Below are positions 10,950-23,365 of a stretch of 64,000 nt of DNA, in pieces. Both the position numbers and the translations under genes were made by a program. How positions within the stretch are numbered: position 1 is the stretch's first letter; each line of letters opens with the position of its first letter. The notes beneath the pieces are model-generated. The model did no database searches. It saw only the letters and a program-made list of their open reading frames with translations, and was not told where the DNA came from. Source of the stretch: Dicyema japonicum (taxonomy: Eukaryota; Animalia; Dicyemida); NCBI GenBank assembly GCA_011109175.1, contig RDEW01000026.1, forward strand, positions 327,695-391,694, in the 5' to 3' direction.

Positions 10950-13360
10950 GAAAGAATTAACTCGATATTTAAGTGATCCCAGCATCCAGCATCTCTCGAA
11001 ATCTCTTTGAATGCTCCACTGGTGAACCACCAGCGTTTCTGAAGTGTCCTGAAGTGTTTTCTTTTATTTCTGCAGAGGAATTCTATCAGAATGCACTTTT
11101 TTAATGCCGATCTACATTCCTTTGCCTCTCTGAATTGGCTTCCTAGCTCATCGCACATTTGTAGGAAGCCCTGGTCATATCTCATCGTCGCCCTCTTAAA
11201 AAAGACTGGGGTTGGATGTGGAGTCTGATTGCATATGCCTCATGATCTTACGTCTGAGAGAGTTCATACGCTCCATCCTCGTATAAGGAATATCGATTCT
11301 CCAGCCAGAACAAGCATATTCAACCGNGACGAAAGCTGAAAACTGGAGGTGATCTGGATACGCTCGGAATAACTACCTGTAACCGCGGAGCATGGAGGAA
11401 GTTGGTCAAGAGAATTGTGGAAAAAATAACCTGAAGAAAAATACGGCACAAGCGGAACCTTAATTAAATAAATTACATTTTTGGTTCTTCGAAAGTGCTA
11501 TTAATAATAATTACGTATTTTGAATAATATATTAATTCTATTCCTTATTGCTTTTAAATATTAAACATTGATTTAAAAAACTAGATGGGATGAACTGAGA
11601 CTTAGATGCCGACAAAGATAACAAATTCTTGGATAGCCAGTCACACAACTGGTTGGGTGTGACTGAACCACAGCCACAGATTGAGATTTGTCCCTTCAGC
11701 GAAAACCAGGTCATCCGCGTAAGATAAAAACATAGTGTCCTGATGTTTGATTGTAGGCAAATCCTGTAGAAATTAGTTAAATAATTGATAAGGCAGAGAG
11801 GAGCCTTGTGGGACCACATTAGGGATTAGTCTTGATTTTGAAGTAATTTTTCCAATCCTGCTCTTTCACGTAAGCCATTTAAGAAATTTTGCAGTTATAG
11901 CACGATGCTCGTATGTAAATTTGAGTTAAGATCTTCTTGATATGGAGTGTCCTCGAAACCGAGTCAAAGGCTTTCTGTATATCTATAGACACCAGACCCG
12001 TACGTAAGTGCGTCTTCTTGTTGAAGCCGTCTGTGATGAACTGGGAGACAGATCCCAAATAAGTCGTTGTAGAACGGCCTGATCTGAAGCCATGTTGAAA
12101 ATTAGGAAACTGTAGAACTGGGGAGATAGTAGTACAAGCTTCTCCAACACTTTTGGCAAGGCACAAGTTATGGAGACAGGGCTTTTGGTAAGAGGATGGA
12201 ATGTCTTTGAATTTCCAATCTTGGAGTAATCAATGAGTTCTTCCATTTGTTTAGGAATTTATAGAATGGTTGTATAGTCTTGATGACACAATTTGAGCTG
12301 AGGTCCTAGGTGTTTGAGGTGGATAGCACAGACATCGTCGAGACCACAGGCTCGGGTTGGTCGTAGAAATTTAATAGTCTTTTCCACGTCGTAGGAAGTG
12401 AAGAACATAGTATATGTCGACTGTTGTGGACCACATCGTTTGACATGTAAAGAGAGAGAGGAATCCTTGTGGCTGATCGACACACAGTATTTCATGAGGA
12501 TATTAGCGAGTTTCCGTGCATGTTCCGGGGCAAGGGTAACGGTTTCCACTCCGCCGTCATCTTCCTTTGTGAGGCTGTTGATACTTTTTAGTGTCTTCCA
12601 GAAGATTCCACACGAGTTCTTGTAGCATAGTCGACCAACAAGCTGACTCCACTTGTGTCTGTGTTTATCATGGATTAGTTGGGAAATTCTGCGATTTAGA
12701 AAGCGTATGAACGATATAGAGCCGTCCGATTTTCTTCAAAGCATCCCGTTTCTTGATAAGTTCCAGGATACCCAAAGATAGTTTCGGATTGAATTTTCTG
12801 TAAAAGGATATTGGGATGAACATTCTGTCCGCATTTCTAATAACTGAAGTTAACATAATGGCTGCCTTGTCAACAGGGACATCTTCCACAGCGAGGCCCG
12901 ATAGAAAATTATCCACATACGTGCTGAATCCAAACTAATTTTCCTTCGAATAGTTTTTGAACTTTGTAGAACATAGTGGCAGACTGATAGATCTTTTCAG
13001 TTTCAACACAATTGGGTTATGATCGCTTGTAAAACCATAACGAACATCCCATGAAAGATGTCCAATAAGGGAGGGAGTGCATAATGATAAGTCCTGGGAA
13101 GTTGGAGTATCCCTCTTCGGATTGGGGTCTTCGTATGGGAATCCGGATTATTGAGAATAGTTAATTCGTCGTGTATAGATAGGATGTACTCTCCGCGATT
13201 GATGGCTAAGTGTGTCCGGAGCCAGAGTGGATTTTTGGCATTTAAGTCTCAGCATAGTAGCAGATCCTTTAGTCCACAAAATCTCAATAGGTTGGAAATA
13301 TAGGAAGTATTACATGACCCCTGAGGCGGGATATAGACATTGCACAGTTATAAACATCTC
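10950..13360 (-). mobile_element. Decayed APE-RT LINE, 5' part cut off at the duplication junction
   Basis: GLDDVCAIHLKHLG, PVSITCALPKVLEKLV, QHGFRSGRSTTT, SIDIQKAFDSV; many frameshifts. Confidence 0.85.
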
Positions 13361-13361
13361 G

Positions 13362-14089
13362 TTTATACACAGATTGGTTATAGTACTGGATTAGAGTTGT
13401 ACCCCTTCAAGGTTTTGTAGATTTTGTAGCTTAAAGATTGAATGGTACAACCAAGTTGTAGATAATTATTACAAACTGCCTTATGAAGACAATACCCTAG
13501 CCTTCTGCCTTCTTACGGCACCAAAATTTTATGAAAACACACTAAAACCCTATTTTTACCAATCTTACAAAGAAAACTGTCAAAATTCACCCGATATTGT
13601 CGACAATTCCGTCAAATCATTAGTTTCAAAAATCACTGGGGTAATTAAAATTATATTTTAGCATAATTTTGTGTTGATTAATGAATCAGAATTTAATCAT
13701 TCACGACGTCCAAGGGTTGTTGTGCAAACTGCAGCTCATGTTTCAGGCTGTTCTTTCCCTCACAAATCAACGAAAGTAAATATGATCCTTAATATAAGAA
13801 GCCCATTGGTGTCTCAGTACATCCTAAATATGGACTTTTTATGGGTTTGAGGGGAGTTTTGATATTCCCCGACGTACTGGTCACTGATTTTGTTTACAAG
13901 GAGCCTGTTAAAGTAATCACTGATTCAACGAAAGAGGAGAAGCTGATTTTCGAATTTAACTTCAACTCTAAGACTAATGAGTTTAGGAATATTCAAGAGT
14001 TCCAAGAAACGTACTCTAATGAACAACTCCAATATTTTTCACTTCCCACTTCTCAACGACCACAGTTTTTATTAAATCTATTGAAATGA
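13362..14089 (+). pseudogene. MMACHC: MMACHC/CblC copy 1, lacking the first ~16 codons; introns 13412-13436, 13641-13661 and a 23-nt third intron
   Basis: Spliced: GLELYPFK|IEWYN..TLAFCLLTAPKFYE..RRPRVVVQTAAHVSG..GVSVHPKYG..LRGVLIFP..YSNEQLQYFS..QR. Fused directly to LINE sequence, with an in-frame TAG at 13334 and no ATG. Confidence 0.85.
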
Positions 14090-14929
14090 TTCAATAATGT
14101 CGATTATCGTTAAACTAACAAATTTAATGTAAAATCTGTTAAGAGTTCAGTTTTGCCTTCTAAATAGCTAATTCACATGTAATTAACCTACAAAATCAAG
14201 TGCGGACAAAGCATATATTGCTTTTATTGGGCTAGTTTGCTGTTTAGCTGAAATGATGCAGTGAACAAAATTTGAATTATAAGTATGAAGGGAAATCATA
14301 TTTGTAATAAACAATGGAATGTTACTACCTCATTATATATGATGCGTTTCCATAAATCTCTCAGAGGAGATCCCAGGCCTGTAAAAATCTTATTGAAAAC
14401 GATCAATATGATTGACACTTAAGTCCAAAATAGTATGTATTTTGAAATATATTGAGCAAAACCCAAAAGAGAGCAGCTTAGTTACCATACTAGGGAAGTT
14501 TCTTAGATATCATCGGTAGAGGAGGAGATTCAAGTAAAGCGTTTTGACATAGCGAACAAATCGCACGACTGGCGATAAGCCCTGAAAGGCCTTAAATCTC
14601 TTGACTATTAGGTTTCTCATAGGAATGATATAGCTAATGTGGATAAAGAATGAATGAAAAATGCTCCTCATTACCCATATGTGTGTTAGTCAGAGGAACG
14701 TTGAAATCTGTCTGGTCAAATTCTTAAAAGGGACTCAAGCATGCCATTTGATATAAATTTAGAAACTTTAAACATGACGTAGTCCATAGTCCTTTCTAAA
14801 ACCATGATGAAATATGAGTTCCGAGAATGAAGTGGGAATGCGTTCAATTTAAAAAAATTCTCGATTGGACACTCAAAATAGATGTTTATTTAAATTATTC
14901 CAAAGACCATGGGTAACTAAATTAACTAA

Positions 14930-16085
14930 CTCCTCGATCCTGATTCGTTCCAGCGTTCCAGAACTTGTCTACAGGTAACAACATTGTCCCTCGGAAAAAA
15001 AATCGTTGGCTTCTCTTGATTCTGGACAGACATTGGGGTATAATCTGTGCCTTATCACGAGTGTTAGAATAACTGGCCCTGAATACACCAAACCCGCGCG
15101 AGAGAACCGTGCTGGTCTCAGTAGATGTTGAGAAGGCTTATTACTCAGTATCCCGGAAGATTCTTATGACATCGATCGACTCTAAATTCAACTCATGGTT
15201 GGCTAATTTCATCAACAGTCGAATGGGCCAAGTGATGGCAGACAACCAAAAATGAAAACCACGTTAACTTCCAATTGGAGTTCCACAAAAATCACCGTTG
15301 TCACCAATGCTATTATACATGTTTCTCTGTGACCGCTTATCCCCAACCACAAAAAAATCAATTCTTTTATTTGGATGATACCGTGATTTCAGTGAAACAT
15401 CGAAGAGTCGAGGAAGATTAAAAGTGATTTAGAGAATCAGTGCTAGATCTATTAAACCTGATGGATCTTATGTTCTTGAAGAACCGTCTAAATATATCAC
15501 CAGGAAAATCATATGTAATGGCGTTTACCTTATCTCGAAAAGAAATACGGACAGCGCCAAAAAATTATATGATTAACCGATCCCCATTAAGAAGACCCTT
15601 TCAATCTTTGGAGTCATCCTGGATCCTCTCCTCACATTCACTCATCAAGTGTACCTGGTAACCGCGAGGATCCAAAAAATTGGAACTCTCAAGGCTTTTA
15701 CGCACTCCAAATATTTTCCCGCACATTGTAAGAGCTTCTATGCAAACAGATTTTTCCCAATTTACGTGTTTTGGCGACTTCTATTGCTGATTGGTAGAAG
15801 CGATGGATTCGGAGCCACAGAAATTGATGAAACCGAACAGTTCATTTCCCCTGATGATTTACAAAGAAATACCCTCAATTAGAATAACTGTGATCTCGAC
15901 ATTTGCTCAAGAGATGATGGGGACTCCATGTTTAAGAATTTCACGATTCAATATACAGCTGGATTAGTGCCCCTGCGAAGGACTCGGGTATGCGGACCGC
16001 GTCCATATCGAATATGCTCAGGAACGAAGTCGGAACACCGAGAAAAGATCCGGAGACTGTTGAGGGAGGATGGGATCACCTGAAT
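14930..16085 (+). mobile_element. Decayed LINE RT 3' half; further copies at about 21090-22240, 24240-25190 and 5977-6570
   Basis: VLVSVDVEKAYYSV, FYLDD, IFGVILDPLLTFTHQV; ends ..LLREAGIT* with the GCTGGGATCAC family motif. Confidence 0.75.
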
Positions 16086-16388
16086 TTTGTTTATTTTTGA
16101 ATATGACGGTTGTTTTTTAGTTCAATAATAATAAATAGAGCAAATTTATCTAAAATTATAAATATCCAATTTTAGCAAAATCCGGTAAAATTTGTGACTA
16201 ATTTTCAGGATACTGAATAAACTGAATCCTACTCAAGACATGAATCTACTGCGGTTTCTGACGGGGATTCAAAAGAGTGGTAGTTTATGATTTTACTTGA
16301 TATTTTCGTACTCAGATTTGAACTTAATATTTCCGTACACAGATTTTTAACCTAATTTTAATTATTAAAATGCCTTTGGCGATAATTA

Positions 16389-18502
16389 ATGAAATGCTGC
16401 TTCTCTGCAGAAACAATTCTTTTTGTTCTAAATCAAGTAAAAATTTTAATAAATTCATTATATAAGGGTTTTAACAACACTAATGAAGATTATGTTTTAA
16501 CAATTATTCAACAAACAACTGAAAAATCAAATTATCCAATGAAAATAGAATTACTAGAAAATCTAACAAAGGGAATAAACAAAACTGATTTCAAGAATAA
16601 ATTTTCTGCTATGATTGGTTTAATTTTGAAATTATATCAAGAAACTATACGAGGAGTTACACCAACACCTTCACCAACAACTAAAATAACGCCTACAACA
16701 ACGCCTACATCAACACCTACACCAACAACTACACCAACATCAACACCTACACCACAACTACACCAACATCAACACCAACAACTACACCAACATTACACCA
16801 ACACTTTCACCAACATCTACACCAACAACTCCACCAACATCAACACCAACAACTACACCAACACCTTTACCAACAACTACACCAAAAAGTGAATTAAATG
16901 AGGACTATATTGAGGTTAGTATTTTAATAATCTTAAGATTATTAGACAACTCAATAATGAGTTATTATCTTCAAAAATTAATAAGAAATTATCAATTATC
17001 GAAGAGATGAAACCAACAAAAACATTCAAAGAAACTCTCGGGGATATTACTTGGATCGATCAAATGGATTTAAAATCAGGATCCACTATTTCCACCGATT
17101 CAATTGCAGTTAATATACATCATAATGAAACAAAGGGAAACGGTATGTCAGGATAAATTATCTTTAGCTCGTATTTTAGTTATCAAAAAAATGAAACAAT
17201 AATCGATGGTAAAGAAACCAAACAAATCGATAGAGTGGTGTCAATAATTTTTAATAATGAAAATAATAACACCGAGAGTAAAATCACTAAAGTGACTATT
17301 TTTTTCCAAGATATTATTCAGAAAATGCGGTATAACTATGTATGTGTTTATTGGAATAACGGATTATGGGATAATGAAACTATGAAAACGGAAATTAATT
17401 CAAATGACAGTGTAACATGCACTACTGAACATCTTACAAGCTTTTCAGTCTTATTCGTAATCTTCCATATAAATTTAGAATTCCAGAAAAGGTCAATTAA
17501 ATTCTAAAAAGACAGCAACCTCATATATCACCATTATTGGATTATCTATATCAGAAATTTCAATCATTATATCATTTATTATTTTCTTTAGTCAATTCAA
17601 GTTTATATTTACTTAGTTTAGACTTTTAATTAAATCTCAGATTCAGTTGACATTGATTAACCTTGAAATATCAATTTTCATAACAAATACTGTTTTTATA
17701 TTCGGAATTTTCTCAGGATTTGAAAAATCTTTTATTCAATGTGTCACTGTTGGAGCACTATTACATTATGGGCTACTAACTCAGTTTTTCTGGATGCTTT
17801 CCCAGACTATAATTCATTATATAAAATTCATCAAAGTTATTGGCATGAACATTAATAATCTGATTTTAAAGATTCTTACAATTAACTGGGGTTAATCTTT
17901 ATCATAATTTGCAGGAATACCTCTGTTAGTAGTCATTATCATATGTGCAGTCTCAAGAAATGCGTATTATTCAGATAACAAGTAAAATTTGATTCAATAT
18001 TAAAGATGTATGTTGCATGGAACTGCGTTCTACTTGGGCCTGTTAGTTCCATGTGCAGTTATTTTTTTAATTATCACAATTTTATACTTTTACATTTTCT
18101 ACAAATTCATTTATTACAAAATAAAACTCAAATCATTCCAATTAAAAAAATCAACAAATTCAATATTAATTTTCTTATTCTTTCTATCGGGTTTATATTT
18201 TTTTATTTTTTGCAGGAATTAACTGGTTCTTGGCCTTTTTCCTTGAATTTGATAAATTTAAAATAATCGAATACGTCTTCTGTATTTTAGTGTGTCCACA
18301 GGGCTTAATTATTCTAATATTGAATATTTACAATAAGCGAAAATGTCAAGCAGATTCCCACTCCACTATGGTAAGAATTACACCAGCAAAAGGATCAACA
18401 ACTGCACTGTCAAGTTCCCCAATGACTACACCAATGACCACACTCACGTTTAGAAAATTAGTTATTGTAGGACGCCTTTATAGATATTTTAACAATAATT
18501 GA
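16389..18502 (+). CDS. Adhesion GPCR: Thr/Pro mucin stalk, GAIN/GPS and 7TM; introns 16915-16937, 17143-17167, 17457-17478, 17601-17621, 17891-17914, 17982-18005, 18191-18215; true start uncertain
   Basis: GPS CVYW..W..C..HL/TSFSVL; TM1 SYITIIGLSIS; TM3 CVTVGALLHYGLLTQFFWML; WG|IP; G|INW; PQGLII. Apparent 1-nt indels in the TPT repeat and at about 17190 (the paralog's aaaaataat restores the frame), so either assembly error or a pseudogene. Confidence 0.85.
16655..16885 (+). repeat. ACA/CCA-rich coding minisatellite (TPTTTPTS mucin-like stalk); different unit arrangement at about 22810-23040
   Basis: Reiterated acaccaacaactacaccaacatca units. Confidence 0.9.
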
Positions 18503-18539
18503 CTTTTACTATCATTGTATTAACCTGCTTTAAAACGTG

Positions 18540-19010
18540 TTAACCTATGTGAAGTTATGCATGTACATTTCAGCTGGAAAGAATGAAATGAGGTATCCCC
18601 GGATTCCCTCTCCAATTGAAGCCAGTCGGATTCGTTCCAGCCAACCAAAGACCAGACTGAAAAACTCTCTTCCAATGGGAAAAAGGTAGATACTTTGACT
18701 GGGACGCCACCTTTGTGGATAGCCTCTCTCTCTCCAACCTTGTTGTGACAGAAACTAACCCAGACTTTGTTTTGGAGAAGGCTGAGACCCTAAAGATAAA
18801 GAAATACGTATGCCTGGTGGACAGTTCATTTTTGAACCAGTCGCCGTGGATACGTCAGGAATCATAGGAAGCAGGTCACTGATTCTGCTAAACAGAATCG
18901 GATCGAGAAGAAAAATGATAAGAGAGAAAGAGTTGGCTCATTGAGATCAATTCCTTGAAAATCGTCGGGGGAAATGCTATTAAATTAGAGCACCCAGTAG
19001 TCGTTAGTTA
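18540..19010 (+). mobile_element. CRE-like RLE fragment
   Basis: QRPD*KTLFQWEKGRYFDWDATFVDSL..AETLKIKKY..FEPVAVDTSGIIG. Confidence 0.7.
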
Positions 19011-19473
19011 GTTTTTTGAATTAAAACTTTTTTATTAGAAAACAAAGATGAAGGTGCAGTAGTGTCTGCACTTTACAAAACCACAAATGTCAAGAAAATT
19101 TGTCCATAAGCACTTATAAAATAATCAATGATATTGTAAAATTAGCATAATCATATAATTAGAATAAATTAATTATTTAAAATTATCATTATGGGATATC
19201 TGGTCGACATTAATTGCCACCTGGCCTTTTTGGCTGAACATAACGTCGGATCCGACAGTCGTGGGTTCAAATCCGACAGATGGACGACTAGTATTTGACA
19301 TAATATATCCAATTTAGAACATAAAATCACATAGCATTAAATTAGCGAATTTATCGATGATATTTGGCATATAATTCGTCATTACGTAAAACCACAGTGC
19401 TTCCCCCATTTGTAGTTTATGAGATTGTAGAAAACTTAATTTCCAGCAAATTGGATAACTAAAATACCTGGTG

Positions 19474-20246
19474 ATGAATTCCAATGAAATAGACATAATT
19501 GATGTAATTTTGAAGGACATTTATACACAGATTGGTTATAGTACTGGATTAGAGTTGTACCCCTTCAAGGTTTTGTAGATTTGTAACTTAAAGATTGAAT
19601 GGTACAACCAAGTTGTAGATAATTATTACAAACTGCCTTATGAAGACAATACCCTAGCCTTCTGCCTTCTTACGGCACCAAAATTTTATGAAAACACACT
19701 AAAACCCTATTTTTACCAATCTTACAAAGAAAAACTGTCAAAATTCACCCGATATTGTCGACAATTCCGTCAAATCATTAGTTTCCAAAATCACTGGGGT
19801 AATCAAAATTATATTTTAGCATAATTTTGTGTTGATTAATGAATCAGAATTTGATCATTCACGACTTCCAAGGGTTGTTGTGCAAACTGCAGCTCATGTT
19901 TCAGGCTGTGCTTTCCTTCACAAATCAACGAAAGTAATTATGATCCTTAATATAAGAAGTTCATTGGTGTCTCAGTACATCCTAAATATGGACTTTTTAT
20001 GAGTTTGAGGGGAGTTTTGATATTCCCGACGTGCTGGTCCCTGATTTTGTTTACAAGGAGCCTGTTAAAGTAATCACTGATTCAACGAAAGAGGAGAAGC
20101 TGATTTTCGAATTTAACTTCAACTCTAAGACTAATGAGTTTAGGAATATTCAAGAGTTCCAAGAAACGTACTCTAATGAACAACTCCAATATTTTTCACT
20201 TCCCACTTTTCAACGACCACAGTTTTTATTAAATCTATTGAAATGA
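19474..20246 (+). CDS. MMACHC: MMACHC/CblC cobalamin-processing enzyme, copy 2 with start codon; introns 19570-19593, 19799-19819, 19934-19956
   Basis: ATG at 19474 (MNSNEIDIIDVILKDIYTQIGYSTGLELYPFK) and the same motifs as copy 1. Two homopolymer indels (+A at about 19732, -C at about 20026) break the frame as assembled. Confidence 0.8.
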
Positions 20247-22543
20247 TTCAATAATGTCGATAATCGTTAAACTAACAAATTTAATGTAAAATCTGTTAAG
20301 AGTTCAGTTTTGTCTTCTAAATAGCTAATTCACATATAATTAACCTACAAAATCAAGTGCGGACAGAGCATATATTGCTTTTATTGGGCTAGTTTGCTGT
20401 TTAGCTGAAATGATGCAGTGAACAAAAAGTTGAATTATAATTATGAAGGGAAATCATAATTTGTAATAACAAAATGGAATGTTACTTTAACCTCATTAAA
20501 AAATATGATGCGCTTCCATAAATCTCTCAGAGGAGATCCCAGGCCTGTAAAAATCTTATTGAAAACGATCAATATGATTGACACTTAAGTCAAAAATTGT
20601 ATTTTGAAATATATTGAGCAAAACCCAAAAGATAGCAGCTTAGTTTCCACATACTAGGGAAGTTTATAGGATATCATCGGTGGAGGGAGATTAAAGTAAA
20701 GCGTTTTGACTAGCAAATAAATCGCACGACTGGCGATAAGCCCTGAAAGGCCTTAAATCTCTTGACTATTAGGTTTCTCATAGGAATGATATAGCTAATG
20801 TGGATAAAGAATGAATGAAAAATGCTCCTCATTACCCATACGTGTGTTAGTCAGAGGAACGTTGAAATCTGTCTGGTCAAATTCTTAAAAGGGACTCAAG
20901 CATGCCATTTGATATAAATTTAGAACTTTAAACATGACGTAGTCCATAGTCCTTTTCTAAAACCATGATGAAATATGAGTTCCGAGAATGAAGTGGGAAT
21001 GCGTTCAATATAAAAAAATTCTCGATTGGACACTCAAAATAGATGTTTATTTAAATTATTCCAAAGACCATGGGTAACTAATTAACTTACTCTCGATCCT
21101 GATTCGTTCCAGCGTTCCAGAACTTGTCTACAGGTAACAACATTGTCCCTCGGAAAAAAAATCGTTGGCTTCTCTTGATTCTGGACAGACATTGGGTATA
21201 ATCTGTGCCTTATCACGAGTGTTAGAATAACTGGCTGAATACACCAAACCCGCGCGAGAGAACCGTGCTGGTCTCAGTAGATGTTGAGAAGGATTATTAC
21301 TCAGTATCCCGGAAGATTCTTATGACATCGATCGACTCTAAATTCAACTCATGTTGGCTAATTTCATCACAGTCGAATGGGCCAAGTGATGGCAGACAAC
21401 CAAAAATGAAAACCACGTTAACTTCCAATTGGAGTTCCACAAAAATTACTGTTGTCACCAATGCTATTCAACATGTTTCTCTGTGACCTCTTATCCCCAA
21501 CCACAAAAAACTCAATTCTTTTATTTGGATGATAGCGTGATTTCAGTAAAACATCGAAGAGTCGAGGAAGATTAAAAGTGATTCAGAGAATCAGTGCAAG
21601 ATCTATTAAACCTGATGGATCTTATGTTCTTGAAGAACCGTCTAAATATATCACCAGGAAAATCATATGTAATGGCGTTTACCTTATCTCGAAAAGAAAT
21701 ACGGACAGCGCCAAAAAATTGTATGATAAACCGATCCTCATTAAGAAGACTCTTTCAATCTTTGGAGTCATCCTGGATCCTCTCCTCACATTCACTCATC
21801 AAGTGTACCTGAAACCGCGAGGATCCATAAAATTGGAATTCTCAAGGCTTTTACGCACTCCCAAATATCTTCCCGCACATTGTAAGAGCTTCTATGCAAA
21901 CAGTTTTTTCCCAATTTACGTGTTTTGGCGGCTTCTATTGCTGATTGGTAGAAGCGATGGATTCGGAGCCACAGAAATTGATGAAACCGAACAGTTCATT
22001 TCCCCTGATGATTTACAAGGAAATACGCTCAATTAGAATAACTGTGATCTCGACATTTGTTCAAGAGATGATGGGGGCTCCATGTTTAAGAATTTCACGA
22101 TTCGATATACAGCTTGGATTAGTGCCCCTGCGAAGGACTCGGGTATGCGGACCCCGTCCATATCGTAAATGCGCAGGAACGCAGTCGGAACAACGAGAAA
22201 AGATGCGGAGACTGTTGAGGGAGGCTGGGATCACCTGAATTTTGTTTATTTTGGATAATGACGGTGGTTTTTTGGTTCAATTATAATAAAGAGAGCAAAT
22301 TTATTTAAAATTATTAAAATCCAATTTTAGCCAAATCCGGTAAAATTCGTGTCTATTTTCCAGGCTACTGAATAAACTGAATCATACTCAAGGCATGAAT
22401 CTACTGCGGTCTCTGACGGGGATTAAAAAGAGTGGTAGTTTATGATTTTACTTGATATTTTTGTACACAGATTTGAACTTGATATTTCCGTACACAGATT
22501 TTTAACCTATTTTCAATTATTAAAATGCCTTTGGCGATAATTA

Positions 22544-23365
22544 ATGAAATGCTGCTTCTCTGCAGAAACAATTCTTTTGTTTCTAAATCAAGTAAAAATT
22601 TTAATAAATTCATTATATAAGGGTTTTAACAACACTAATGAAGATTATGTTTTAACAATTATTCAACAAACAACTGAAAAATCAAATTATCCAATGAAAA
22701 TAGAATTACTAGAAAATCTAACAAAGGGAATAAACAAAACTGATTTCAAGAATAAATTTTCTGCTATGATTGGTTTAATTTTAAAATTATATCAAGAAAC
22801 TATACGAGGAGTTACACCAACACCTTCACCAACAACTAAAATAACGCCTACAACAACGCTACATCAACACCTACACCAACAACTACACCAACACCAACAC
22901 CTTCACCAACAACTACACCAACATCAACACCAACACCTTCATTAACATCAATACCAACACCTTCACCAACAACTACACCAACATCAACACCAACATCTAC
23001 ACCAACAACTACACCAACACCTTCACCAACACTACACCAAAAAGTGAATTAAATGAGGACTATTTTGAAGTTAGTATTTTAATAATTTTAAGATTATTAG
23101 ACAACTCAATAATGAGTCATTATCTTCAAAAATTAATAAGAAAATTATCAATTATCGAAAAGATGAAACCAACAAAAACATTCAAGAAACTCTCGGGATA
23201 TTACTTGGATCGATCAAATGGATTTAAAATCAGGATCCACTATTTCCTCCGATTCAATTGCAGTTAATATACATCATAATGAAACAAAGGGAAACGGTAT
23301 GTCAGGATAAATTATCTTTAGCTCGTATTTTAGTTATCAAAAATAATGAAACAATAATCGATGGT
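22544..23365 (+). pseudogene. 3'-truncated duplicate of the adhesion GPCR (N-terminus and stalk only, no GPS or 7TM)
   Basis: Identity to 16389-17210 stops after atcgatggta; several extra indels. Confidence 0.85.

Larger units (their letters stand above)
5977..13360 (+). repeat. Segmental duplication A, copy 1 (paralog about 24600-31200)
   Basis: Near-identical colinear sequence with the same hAT end, R4-like RLE, Tc1 end and LINE. About 11330-11880 is absent from copy 2. Confidence 0.92.
13362..17210 (+). repeat. Segmental duplication B, copy 1 (paralog 19520-23365)
   Basis: Colinear near-identity at an offset of about 6158 nt. Confidence 0.92.

Noticed and set aside
14110-14600. Possible micro-intron gene relic on the minus strand; similar unassigned relics at 23600-23950 and 46640-46860
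   Set aside because: I could not build a consistent frame or recognise a family.
16755-16892. His/Gln-rich (HQHQ) and Asn/Thr-rich ORF tails
   Set aside because: Alternative frames of the TPT repeat caused by 1-nt indels.
19215-19290. tRNA-like B box GGGTTCAAATCC
   Set aside because: No convincing cloverleaf; at most a degenerate SINE or tRNA relic.
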